Assembly: GCA_050273025.1 (NCBI GenBank)
Contig: CP158635.1
Coordinates: 4,278,001 to 4,342,000, forward strand
Length of the DNA: 64,000 bases
From: Cenococcum geophilum
Lineage: Eukaryota
Direction of reading: 5' to 3'
Numbering within the stretch: the stretch's first letter is position 1; each line of letters opens with the position of its first letter. Position numbers and translations under genes: made by a program. The notes below the pieces were generated by a model that made no database searches, had not been told where the DNA came from, and saw nothing but the letters and a program-made list of their open reading frames with translations. Positions 1-12,700 of this stretch are shown here, in pieces.

Positions 1-77
1 CGCCCGCGCCCGCCCCCCCGCCCGGCGGTGTCTGCTTGTTAGTTTTTGAGCGAAATTTTGACACCGCATAGCCCTAG
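1..77. mobile_element. Possible terminus of a DNA transposon running off the window edge
   Basis: GC-rich CGCCCG repeats (1-24), an 8-bp stem GCGGTGTC...GACACCGC (25-67) and an end at ...GCCCTAG (reverse complement TAGGGC, a common hAT-type start). Only one end is visible. Confidence 0.25.
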
Positions 78-670
78 CCTTTTGCGAACTCGTTGATATC
101 ATCAAGGGCAAAGTTTGCGCAATCATACAGCCTCAGCGGAGGTGGATTGAGAGCCATGGTAGATGTAGGGAAAAGTATGCACGCGCGATAGTTACGCGCG
201 TACACACGTGACGTTCTAACCTGAAGAGGAAGGATCTAAGCCTGTTAGATGGGGGGTGTGCGCGTATCAATTGGGGGGTGTACGCGCAGTAATCAGGGAG
301 TGCGTAACTAGCAGTGGCCTAAACAAATTGGTGGTTTGGTTTTGATTGGTGGCTGGAGTTCAGGGGGTGGCCGGGTTCTATGGGTCCGAGCTTATTGTGC
401 TGCAGGGTTGTCCGCCGACTCCCTCCAACTCTCTTCTTCGTCCACTATACCTTCCAGAAAGCTCGAATGTGACAGTGAAGCATCAACAGTGGAGGTGAGT
501 AGAAGTACCAAAACACTTATGAAAGAATTATTCGTATATTTAAGTATGACCCCATAGAACATATATATTGCTGTATGCTCCTACGAAAGGCAGTGAGGTT
601 TCTAGACTATACATATCGTTTATGACACCGAACCACCACATCCTCTTCTACCCTAGCCCACCTCGCTAGT

Positions 671-1153
671 ATGGTTTACATTATGGAAATCTATGTCGAC
701 GGTGGCTGCAGAGGCAACGGGCAACCAGGAGCAATAGGCGCTGCTGCCGCCGTTTTCAAAAAAAGAAATGGAAAATCCGTCGCTTGGACGAAATCTTTAC
801 CCCTATATCCCCCACCCACAAACCAGCGAGCCGAAATCACAGCCATTATCCTTGCACTGGAGCAAGCCCTGGAAAAGCTTGAAGAGCTAGACACAAATCC
901 ACATCTAGATGTCAAGATCTATTCGGATTCCAGATATGCGATTGGGTGTATGACAAACTGGATTTACAAGTGGGCCAGAAATGGATGGATCAATGCTGCG
1001 GGCAACGAGGTTGCGAATCGAGATCTTATCCAGGAAGCTTCTCATCTTGATGATAGATTGAAAGAGGAGGGAGACGTGGAATATATCTGGATTTCGAGGG
1101 AGGAGAATCAGCTTGCGGATAGATTATGCAATGAGAATATGGATAAACAATGA
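671..1153 (+). CDS. Stand-alone ribonuclease H (RNase HI fold), 160 aa, intronless CDS
   Basis: Intact ORF with the four catalytic acids in YVDGG, TNQRAE, YSDSRY and NQLADRL, plus the W..KW..NGW...VANRDL segment of type-1 RNase H. No RIP damage. Confidence 0.9.
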   Translation: MVYIMEIYVDGGCRGNGQPGAIGAAAAVFKKRNGKSVAWTKSLPLYPPPTNQRAEITAIILALEQALEKLEELDTNPHLDVKIYSDSRYAIGCMTNWIYKWARNGWINAAGNEVANRDLIQEASHLDDRLKEEGDVEYIWISREENQLADRLCNENMDKQ

Positions 1154-2749
1154 GACGAGAGAGGAAATAATACACTAGCAATTTGGTCTAAAAGAAATGA
1201 GGAAATACGTAACTAACATCAGTTGGATATATCAATGCAAACAACAATGTGTCCGCCCGTCTCAGCTCCCTCCTAGATTGCACCAGCACACCCGGTGTTG
1301 TATGTGTGGTCACCCCACCAGTTCGAGGAAAACCGAGGGCCTTTCTTCTATAAGAACTTTATTTTAAAAGTATCTATATCAATAAATAGGTCCTCAATAT
1401 ATATAAAATCTATTTTGTTAAAATAATAAGCTAGTAATTATATACTTTTAAAACGTTAAATAGAATTATTATTGATATTAAAAACGTTTAAAATTTAAAT
1501 AAATTGGTATAACCTGTCGGGAATGAGGCAAGCGGTCATCACGTGCCGCCGCGGCACTAGCGTGGCGAGGAGTCTTAAGCTCCTCGCCCTTCCTTATTCC
1601 AATTAATAAGCTTTATTAACTAACATCACTGTAACCTACTTAAGTAGTTGTTATTGGTGAGTTACCCTATATAACTAACACTAATTAGTGGTTAAATATA
1701 CAGTTAATTATAGAGCAGCTAGGTTTTCGAATAGAAGAGATAGTCTTATATAGGGGTGCTATATACGCTTATATGGAATAGATCCCGGCAATACTATACT
1801 ACCTTAAACTTGCGGAAAACTAGTAATAGAAGTGTTACTAAGTACTAGGAGATACTAAGTTGCGTCTATTACGCAGAATAACCGCGTTTACAAAGATTTG
1901 GTTAAGTACTTTAGGTCAGAAATATTACTAAACCTAAGGTCCTAAGTTAACGTCCAAAACGCGTTAAATAACTACCTTAACACCCTCTATATACCTTCGC
2001 AGATCTTAGGATTATAATTAATACCTAAATCCACCTACGCACGTCCGCTATTATAGCGTTAACCTATCTAAAGAAGTACGAGAAGGATATTAACCCGGAA
2101 ATATAGAATACCGATATAATTAACTTTGTAAACGCTAAGTAACAGGACTTAAACGGATTCTTATTATACCGTATAGTATACTATAAAGATAGCGAATACA
2201 ACGACACTATACTATAGTACTGTGTAAGGGAGGACTTTATTAGATAAATAAAGGAAATATAGACTCCTGTAAAAAAGGTTATTATATAAAACTTCTATAA
2301 CTTCTTATGGGAGTATAGAGTATTTATACCTATAGATGGGGGCACTATTAGAGACAATATTTAGGAGCAAGTTATTAATGTAAAAGAAGAGCATGAATGG
2401 ACTCTATAAGAGATTAAGTACTAACTACGCACTATAAGGAAGCTTAACTTACAATAGAACCTAAGTAATATACCTCTAAAGATAAACCTACCTCTGCCTT
2501 TAACTCCTCTATATCTAATTTAACCTATAACCTTAACGTCAGATACTATACCCTAATAAGAGTAGGTATAGGATGTAATGGAACCTTATAGCAAGAACTA
2601 TAATAGGCTTATTAATAGGCTAGGTGTATAGGTAATACAAATTAAAGTTAACGACGAATAACAACTGGTAGAGTAGTTGCCTAATAGATTAACTCTAATT
2701 GTATTCTAAGAATTACTATAAGGAAGGAACTATCTAGGTAGGGATTAAG

Positions 2750-5700
2750 TGTTACGGAGTAAGTATAAGCGACGATAATATATAGCAAGGTAGATATTAT
2801 TAAGCTATGTACATAAACTGTATAAGGAGGTCAAGACGTTGCGTAAGGAAAGAAGGTAGGGAAACGGGAAGAAAGGGCATATATCGTTAACTTAGTTGCT
2901 TAGTCAACACGTGCATAGGCAGAATAGGGTTTAGGTTGTAGTCCTAGCAGAACTTAGCAGAATTTGGTGGAACTTAGCAGAATATAGTAGAATGCCATAG
3001 ATTACCCTTAGATTGCCATCAGATTGCCATTAGATTACTATTTCGCGATTAGTCTCTAATTGCTAAGTTGGTAGAAACAGGTGGACGTGTGCAAGGTGTT
3101 ATAGGGGTATCCCGTAATAGTACCCCCCCTTTAAACTCGAGCTTCTGCGAGATAGAGCTATAGTAGTTCTAGGTAAAGTTTATAAAAGTCTTCTGCGGCT
3201 TATATAAGTCCTATAGAGTTAACGGGTTCCCATAAGGACTTAGTAAAGCCTCTCTATTTCGTAAGATATATATATTAGCGTTTCCGTTTGTTATACTTAA
3301 TATTGTTAATTCTTTTAATAAAGTACTCGTTCTCACCATCCACTTTAACTAGTAGGGGAGGGTCTTATATCTGTTTAGGCAGGGCGTCTAATATAGGGGT
3401 AGTAGGGCGGAGGACTGACGTATAGAATATGGGGTGGATTTTAACCGTATTAGGAAGCTTTAATTGGTAGGTATAAGGAGAGATAACCTTTTTAACCTTA
3501 TAAGGGCCAGCGTTCTTCCAATTAAGTTTCTTAGTGGGTTGTTTTATATTCAGATTTCTTATATCTAGCCAAACAAAATCACTAATTTAGTAGGCCGGTG
3601 CTAGGGTTCGTTTCTTATTTACTATGGCTTTATAGACAGATTGAGCCCATATCATCTTATTAGTAAGGAACTATTATAGTTCCTCTATCTTCTCTATAAA
3701 TTTATTTACTTCTATAACTTATAAGGCGTAATAAGCAGGGTAAGGAACATTACTAAAGGGTTTAAAGCCCATTTATGGGTGCTAGCTATAATTAGCTAGG
3801 AACGGGGAGACTTTTGTAGTTTCCAAGATAGAGTTATTTGCAGTAAACTCGGCGAATGTAAGCTAGTTAATCCAGTTATCCTGCAAATACGACGTATATA
3901 TCCAAATATACTGTTCTATTATAGCATTTACGCGTTCTATTTAGCCATCCGTTTCTAGGTAATACGCGGTAAATAATAGTGCTTTAATGCGGAGTCAAGT
4001 AGTTAGTTTTTTCTAGAATGCTAAGACAAACTAGCTACCTCTATTGGAGATAATCATTTTAGGGAGTCCGTAGAGTTTCTATATATAATTTAGGAATAGT
4101 CGGGCGACAGTAAGCGTTAATATATTAGGGCAGGCGATCAAGTATCTCATTTTAGATAGTCGGTCTATAACTACTATAATATTCGTGCAGCCTCTACTCT
4201 TAGGAAGGTCAATAATAAAGTTAATTAAGATATCCTTCTATCTTCGGTCCGGAATAGGCAGCGGCTTTAAAAAACCGTTATACGTCTTATATAAGGCTTT
4301 AGCTCGTCGGTAGGTATAGCAGCTAAAGATATACCTTTATATCGTGTTATGCATATTCGGCTAATAATACTCCCGTTAGAGTAGTTCTAGGGTCTTTCCT
4401 TAGCCTGGGTAGCCGGTAATAGGTAGATCGTATATATATTTAAGGAGTTTAAGCTTAAGCTTATCGTAATTAGGGATAACTAGACGGTTCTAGTAATATA
4501 AGCGGTTTCCGCAGGCTTTACATTCACTTAAAGAAATATTTTTAGAGCGTCTAATGCTATCTTACATTAGCTTAAGCGTCTCTTAGATAAACTCATTATT
4601 TAGGTATTTATTAACTATAATCTGTTTAATTAATTAATTAGTTATTTTAAAGACGTGTACCGTAAGATCTTTAGTAGGAGGGTTAAATAGTTTAGGGCGA
4701 AGCAGGGTCTAATTTTAATAAGAGCGCGCTTCTTCTAAGGCTAGCGTGTCTTGCAAGCGTTAGGTTAGGGCATTAGGCTTCTAGCCTTAGACGCCTAGGC
4801 GGTATGTAATTAAAAATCAGAAACAAGATAGATATTCTAACTAGCGGGCCTAATAATAACTTAGCTGTTTTATAGTTGTAAAGTACTATAGGTTCTTATA
4901 GTTGCTAAGGACCTTAATCAGAAATCCAGCGCCTTCTAGTTTAGGTCGCCATTGTTTAAAACATCTAATAATAGCTAACAATTCCTTATCGTAGATCTCG
5001 TAGTTATATTCGGCTAGGCTTAGTTGTTTTAAGAAGTATGCTATGGGGTGTAATACTCTATCCTCGTTATATTGAGACAGGATGCCTCTAGTGACGTAGT
5101 TAGATAAGTCGGCTTCTATAACACTTATTTAGTTTAGGTTAAAGTGTTAGAGTATAGGCGCAGTAGTAAATATAACCTTTAGATAGGCAAAGGCCTTCTT
5201 ATATTCCTTATTAAAGACAAAGACTTTATCCTTTTAGGTTAGAGCTATAAGGGGTAAAACCAGGGCGGAGAAGTTATTAATAAACCGTTAGTAGAAATTA
5301 GCAAATCCTATAAAGGCTCTTACGTCCTTAACGTTCTTAGGTTCTTACCAGTTTATAATTGCTTTGACTTTCTTTAGGTCCATTTATATACCGTTTATAG
5401 AAATAAGGAGTCTAAGGTATAAGACTTCTATTTTATAGAACTCGCATTTATCTACATCTAATTATAGACTAGCTCCGTGTAGGGCTTATAGGATAAGGTT
5501 AACGTGTTTCCGATATTTAGTTAGGTTATTACTATATATTAGGATGTCGTTAATATAAGCAGTATAGAAGATGTCTAGGTAGGGGCGTAGGATATTGTTT
5601 ATATAATATTAAAACGAGCTCGGAGCGTTTGTGAGGCCGAAGGGTATTACTAAGTACTTAAATAGTCTATATCGTATACGAAATGTAGTAAGCTATTTGT

Positions 5701-8700
5701 CCCCTTTTGTAATATGGAGACGGTTAAATATAGAGATAATATCGAGCTTTATATAGTAACAAGCCTTACATAGTCGGTTTAGCGTCTCTTATATTAACGG
5801 GATTGGATATTAGTTCTTAACGGTAATAGTGTTAAAAGCTTGGTAGTTTACACAGAAGCGCAGACCGCCGCTAGGTTTCTTAATAAAGATCACTAGTATA
5901 GCTATAGGCGACGAGCTTGCTCTAATAAATCCTTTACTTAGGTTCTCGTCTAAATACTTTCGTAGTACTTAGAGTTTATTTTAGGATATCCTGTATAAGG
6001 GTCTAAATCCGGGCTGCTTTCCTTCTTTAAGTATAATCTTATAGTTATATAGTCGGTATTCTGGTAGCTTATTGGCTTCCTTTTATAAGAATACATCTAG
6101 GTAATAATAATACTCTATTAGTACCTTTATAGTAGGGTTAGTATGCTTCTTTAATACTAAGGCCTTCTTAATATCGGCTATCGTAACAGCAAAGATCGTA
6201 TACTTGGGTTTCTTAGCAAGTTACGCTAGCGGGGTAGCTCTAATTATACGGATATCTAGGGTGCCGAGCTCGCTCGGATTGTCTATAGTTTCTTATTTAG
6301 GTTTAGATTCGGTATTAGGTACGGAGTCAGTATTAGATTTAGGTTCGGGTTCTTTAAAAATCCTTTTTATAGTGGAATACTAGTCCTTCTAGTATTTTCG
6401 TATATAGAGCTTAAGCTTTTACTTAGCTCGGGGTAGTATAGTACTTAGTAATAACTTATGGAATTTAGTAGAGTTTTTAGATCCTTAGTGGATGTTAGTA
6501 GAATTCTTATATCAGTGGAATTCAGTGGAATTCCTAGGTTAGTGGAATCTAGTAGATTCCTTGGGTATAGGGTAAACAGTCGTGGAAATTTTAGACTGGT
6601 GGATTATAGTAGATTTTTCGGATTTCAGTTCTAGGTCTAAGCAGCGAGTAGTAAGGCACTTCTGCTTACAATAGAAGGCGGTAAATAGAAGCTTAAGGTT
6701 GTCCTAATTAATAGTTACCTTATATAGCTTTATCCAGGGTTATCTAAGGATTACTAAGTAACCTAGGGTGGTAACAAAAAGTTTAATTAATTCTTCGTGG
6801 TTCAGGTATCGGAGTCTCAGGAATACTACGTAGGTAATATAGCCTAAGACGGTGCATTTACTATTAAATCCAAATATATTAATATACTAGTTAAGGGGGG
6901 TTAGGGTAAAACCATTATCTTACGCAAAGATCTTATTAATAAATCCTATACCGCTAGCTCCTATGTTAATTAGGATTTAAGCATTAGCCTATTAACCATT
7001 CTGCCAAAGACGGCAGTTAATAGTTATGCTATGGTCCTAAGAGTCGGAGTTCGTGACGTTAAATATGTTTAATGAGATCCTATAGTAGAGCTGTCCTAAA
7101 GAGCGACTTAGCTCTAGGACCTTCCTTTTAGAGGCGATTGGGGTGGGGTTCTTATAGGGCGTCGGCTATAGCTTTATCCTTATAAATAGTGCTTATTAGA
7201 TGCAGGACTGGAACTAGGTAGAGATTAGGGACGGTAACTAAAAGATTAATACGGTAAACGGCTGCTAGTGTTAGCCGTTTGTAATTCGTATTTAGGCATA
7301 GGGACGGAGTAGTGGTTAGAGAGATAAAAGCTACTTCCACATTTAAAGCAGAGGCCTAGCTTAATGCGTTGTTCTTATTTAGAGGACCCTAGTAGGGCGT
7401 ACCCTAGGGTCCTAGTGTTAATATCTATAGCGTTAGGGTGCTTAGGCTAAGATAATAACTTAATAAACGTTTATAGAGTTGCCGTATTATATTATAGAGC
7501 GGGCTTTAGTGTCAGGCGTAGTATATCATTATATTATTTGTTAATAACGTTTACGCAGGCATTAAGGGCTCCTAATAGGTCTACGCCTATTAGGGAGGTT
7601 TTCAGTTTAGGGCTTAGGGATTTAATAAGGCTATTAATTAGTGCGGAGTCATTCCAGCTTATTTCCTTTATGTAACGGTTAAATTCGGAGAAGTATACTA
7701 GGAAACTTTTCGTTCCTTAAGTTATATAGTTTATCTTTCTTTAAGCAGTAGCTTAACAGTTTAGGTTACTATACGTAGCTTTAAGAAGTATAACTAGGCT
7801 TTACACTAAGTTTAGCTAAAGCGGTTTAATAAGGTCAGCTATATCTCCTCCTAGTTAACTTAGGGCGTAATAGAGTCGGTTAGCTTTAGTTAGGTAACGG
7901 TTAGCGTTACTAGTTAGCTTATTTTTAAGCTGGCTTAGAAATAATTAGAGCTCTCGTTATTTACTAGTAAATACTAGGGGATCTAGTAGTTATTCGGATT
8001 GTTTTAGTATAGTAGTTAGCTTAGGGTAAGTGGCTACTATAGGTTTAGGGCTCGCGTTCCGCGTGTTTATCTCCAGAGATAGCGTTTAGTCTTAAGGTTC
8101 TAGCGTAGGCATTTTAAGGGCGCGGACTTCTTCTTAAAGGTCCTTAATTAATTGCTAGTATCGTGCTTCTTATTTAGCTTATTATTGGTTTAAAGTAACT
8201 TAGTTTTGTTTAAGGGCGTCTATAAAAGACTTTTATATCCCTACCAATTATTCTTAGAGTGCGGATATAATGCCGGCGGCCGTTATAGGGGCTTTGGGTT
8301 CGTTCTGCATATTAACGGTAATATAGATAGTTAACGCAACGTAGTATCACGGAGTAAGTATAAGCGACGATAATATATAGCAAGGTAGATATTATTAAGC
8401 TATATATATAAACTGTATAAGAAGGTCAAGACGTTATATAAGGAAAGAAGGTAGGGAAATGGGAAGAAAGGGCATATATTGTTAACTTAGTTGCTTAGTT
8501 AACACGTATATAGGCAGAATAGGGTTTAGGTTATAGTCCTAGCAGAACTTGGTAGAATTCAGTAAAACTTAGCAGAATATGGCAGAATGCCGTAAATTAC
8601 CGTTAGATTGCCATTAGATTGCCATTAAATTACTATTTCGCGGTTGGTCTCTAATTGCTAAGTCGGTAGAAACAGGTAGACGTGTATAAGGTGTTATGGG

Positions 8701-8714
8701 GGTGTCCTATAATA
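2750..8714 (-). mobile_element. Gypsy-B: Ty3/Gypsy LTR retrotransposon inserted in the 3' LTR of Gypsy-A1
   Basis: 370-bp LTRs at 2750-3119 and 8345-8714 with internal 11-bp tandem units. TSD TTAAG/CTAAG (C>T variant; empty site visible at ~16205). PPT at 3120-3135. Minus-strand RT AYIDDILIY (~5534-5560), RNase H, integrase and chromodomain-like end (~3140-3340). Confidence 0.93.
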
Positions 8715-9073
8715 CTAAGGGTCCTTAAATACATAACCGTACTTCTATAAAATCCTTCTTATACATAATATACGTCTTATATATAAGGTATATAAGTTTC
8801 TTTTATTCCTCTTATTTAATATATAGCATATTATATAACCTTACTTACTATTCCTTATTATATGGTTTTACCGGCTCTATTTTAGACTATGCCTAAATTA
8901 ACTAACTAGCTTCTTCTAACTCCTCTCCTAGTAGTTATAATATTGTACTTAAAGCGTCTATAATACTATCTCCCTCCTCTCTATCTTTATCCTTAAAGAT
9001 TCTAAATATCTCTAAGTTATTTACTAGAGGTATAATATCCGTCTAATTAATTTAGTTAATATTATTGCTTATT

Positions 9074-9760
9074 ATACCTAAAGTAATTTCTTCTTTACAC
9101 GCCCAACGTCGTGCTCGCACTATTACCGCAATATTATCCCTTAGTAAGATTATACCGTCTCCATATTCTTATTATTTAAAAGAGGGGTTAGTTTATATTA
9201 CGTTGGCGAACCTATCTTTATAATAACCATCCTCTTACTTAAAGTATACTAAAGCGAATATTTATTTATCCTACGACGTTCACTTTACCTCTAATGCTAA
9301 ATATACGCGACCTATTATTCTTAATGGTCATCTAGTTCCCTAATTAATTTATCTTAGGGTCTCATATTTAATCTACTGCTATATAGCTAGATAGTAAACT
9401 ATCTTAAGCCCTTATTAAGTTAAAACGTTCTTAAAATGCGGAATAAAAGGCCCTAGATACTCGTATCGCGGCATCTGCTCATTTACTCCGTCTTAAAAAG
9501 GTTTATAAGAAGGTTTGTTTTAAGGAGTAGAAACTTATAAAATAGGGTTTATAGAAACTTAATAATAAAAGAACGGATTCTCTTCTAATAGAGAAGGAAA
9601 TAAATTTAAGTAGTTTGGCAACTGCTCTTCCTAAGTCCCTCTTAGGTAACTTATTCTTTAGTAATCCTTCTTTTTTAATACTGCCTAACCTAATCTCTTC
9701 CGATACTCCTATACCTTTCCTATAGCGTTCTTTAAATTTTTTAGTAGCTCTTAGGTAGTC
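9074..9760 (+). pseudogene. Antisense accessory gene of Gypsy-A1: six-Cys zinc-cluster-like domain, intron, coiled coil (RIP-damaged)
   Basis: In-frame ATA (RIPed ATG) at 9074. TAY codons spaced C-x2-C-x6-C-x13-C-x2-C-x8-C at 9164-9274. Predicted intron 9303-9357, then a heptad-like helix. 3' end approximate. Confidence 0.65.
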
Positions 9761-12700
9761 TTAGTATAACCTATCTACTTAACCTTATACTATATTTTAT
9801 TGTTAATATCCTTATAAATAATAATCTTTAAAACTTACTATTTATCTTTTTCTTATCCTCTATACGTGTCTACTTTGTAAACTAGTAGCTTAATATTCCC
9901 GTATACTGGCTCTAGCATTACAATGTATTATATAGAGTAGATCTTTATTTTGGCTAGTAGGTTTAACTTAAACGTAACTAGTAAAATTTCCTATGTAATT
10001 TTAAAAGGTCCTAGTCTAACGTAGTCTAACTTCTTACTTAGTCATTAACTCTTAAAATTTTTGTATAGTAGCTATACTTTATCTCCCTTCTTAAGATCTG
10101 GTCCCTTAGATCTCTTAGCATTATAGTACTTTTTTTATTCTCTCTTATACTTCTTTTACTAATTCTATAAGGTCTATATAAAGATTTATTAACGTCTTTA
10201 TTCTTTCTTTAGCTATACTATTTATTTTCTTTACTTACTATAGTAATAATAATATTCTTAGCTTATATCTATAATTTACCTTAAATAGTAATATGCCTAT
10301 TCCTTCTTAAGGTGTTATATTGTATATAAACTATATAACTAATAGTAACGATACCTAATTATTCTATATATAATTAATATAGTATCTTAGATACTACTCT
10401 AGTATCTAATTTAATCTTTCCGTCTAACCGTCTATCTGCGGATAATATACGGTAGAAGTTACTGCTCTAACTCCTTATTTTGCTAAGAATACCTCCTAGA
10501 ATACTGCTATAAATCTTAGATCTTTATCCAATATAATCTTATTTAATGCTCTATATTTTATAAATACTTCTTTAATATAGATTTTAGCGATATCTTCCGC
10601 TAATATTTCTTCCATATATGCTATAAAGTATCCCTACTTTATAAGCTTGTCTACTATTACTAAGATTATATTATAATTCTATCTAGTAATAGGGTTTCTT
10701 AACTTTAGCAACTTAATAATAAAGTCCTATAATATGACCTCCTATAGTCTCTCTAGTATTTTAATAGGTTATAGCCCTTTATATAGCTTATGCCTTATTA
10801 GTTTATTTCTTTAGCAATCTAGACACTTCTTTATAACCTTTCGCGTTAAGCCCTAGATTCTATTAATAATATACTCCTCTTAGAGTCTTAATACTAAGCC
10901 CATAGCTCTATTATATCCTTAAGTTAATCCCTTATAAAAGTCCTTTATAAATTACTCCGCTATGCTTCTTAGGATATACTTAGCTTCTTAGTTTTTATAT
11001 ATATCCGTCTATAGATCTTCTAGCTATACTTTTAGAATTTTCTATACCTAAAAGCTTTTTAGTATCTTATAAACTCTTTCTAGTTCTTCTTAAGTTGCTA
11101 TAATTTTTAGATAATTATACCTAATTAATCCGTCTGTATCTTTTTATAGTAAAGCCCCTAATAGCTTTTTATTATTTTATAGTTTAGCTTTTCGACTTAG
11201 AGCATCTACTTATATATTATCTATACCTTTAGTATACTAAATCTTAAAATGGTATTCTATAAGCATCTTTACCCATCTAACCTATCTTTAGTTAAGTTCT
11301 TTTATTATTAGGAACCCCATTAGGCTCTTATAATCTATCTTAACTATAAATAGTTTTTCTATACCTTATAAGAATACTCTCTATTTCTTTAGTGCTGTAA
11401 CTATACCTAATAACTCCTTATTATAGATGTTATAGTTTAACTCTAGTAGTATTATCTTTCAACTATAGTATGCCACTAGGTGCTATCTATCTTAATATTT
11501 TTATATAAAGTATGCCCCTAGTATATAGTCTAATATATCTGTTTCTATAACCGTCTTTAGTCCTAGTTAATAGATCTTAAGAACTAGCTCCTAGGTAAAT
11601 AACTCTTTAACTTTCTTAAAGAGTTTTTACTATTTCTCTTCTTATACCCATAGTTTCTCTTTCCTTATTAATTGCATAAATAGTTTAATATTCTTTAACC
11701 ACTACGCTATAAACCTTTTACAGTAATTATAAAACCATAAAAACAATCTTAATTACGTAACGTTCTCTAGTTCTTACTAATTCACTATAGCCTTAATCTT
11801 CTTTAGATCTATACTAAGTTAGCCTAGTTTAATAATAAATCTAACAAAATTAGTCTTCCTAGTAAAGAACTCGCATTTCTTAATTGCTACTAGCATCTAT
11901 TCTTCCTATAGTCTCTTTAAAACCTATTTAACGTATTCCCCGTAGTCTTCCTTAGTTATTAAGTAGATAATAATATTATTAAGGTATACTATAATAAATT
12001 TATCTAAGTGTTCTCCTAATATATTATTAATACGCTTTTAAAACGTTGCTAGTACGTTTATAAGCCTAAATTATATAACTAATAGTTTATATAGTCCTTC
12101 CTTTAACCTAAAGGCTGCCTTCTATTTATTGCCTTCCTTAATTCTAATCTAGTAGTACGCCCACCTTAGATCTATCTTTATAAAGATTTGCGCATTACCT
12201 ATCCTGTTTTAGATTTCGCTAATTAAGGGTAAAGAATACCTATCCTTTCTAGTAATACTGTTTAACTATCTATAGTTAATATATAGCCGTAATTTACTAT
12301 TCTTTTTTGGTATAAATAGTACTAGATAACCTGCTAATAACTGCGATAGTCTAATATATCCTTTTTGTAGGTTTTCCTAGACAAACTCTTTTAATACTCT
12401 ACCCTCTTCTTTAGTAAGCTTATAAATTAGAAAGAACCTTAGACTTATTCCCAGTTCTAATTCTATCTTATAGTCCTATACTATATACTTTAACAGCTTT
12501 TTACTTTTTAGTAACTATAGTTTCTTGCCGTACTTATAATATCTTTTTAGTATATAACTTAGTCCTTTTTCTATCTCTTTATAGGTCGCTCCTACTTAGT
12601 ACTATACTAACTTAGCTTATTATCGCAATTTATAGCGTTAAGTATCTTTAATATTGACCTAACCTATAATCTAATCGATTTTTAAATTATATTCCTGTAA

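Noticed and set aside
336..915. ORFs 336-557 (+) and 691-915 (-)
   Set aside because: Non-ATG or antisense shadow frames with no recognisable domain.
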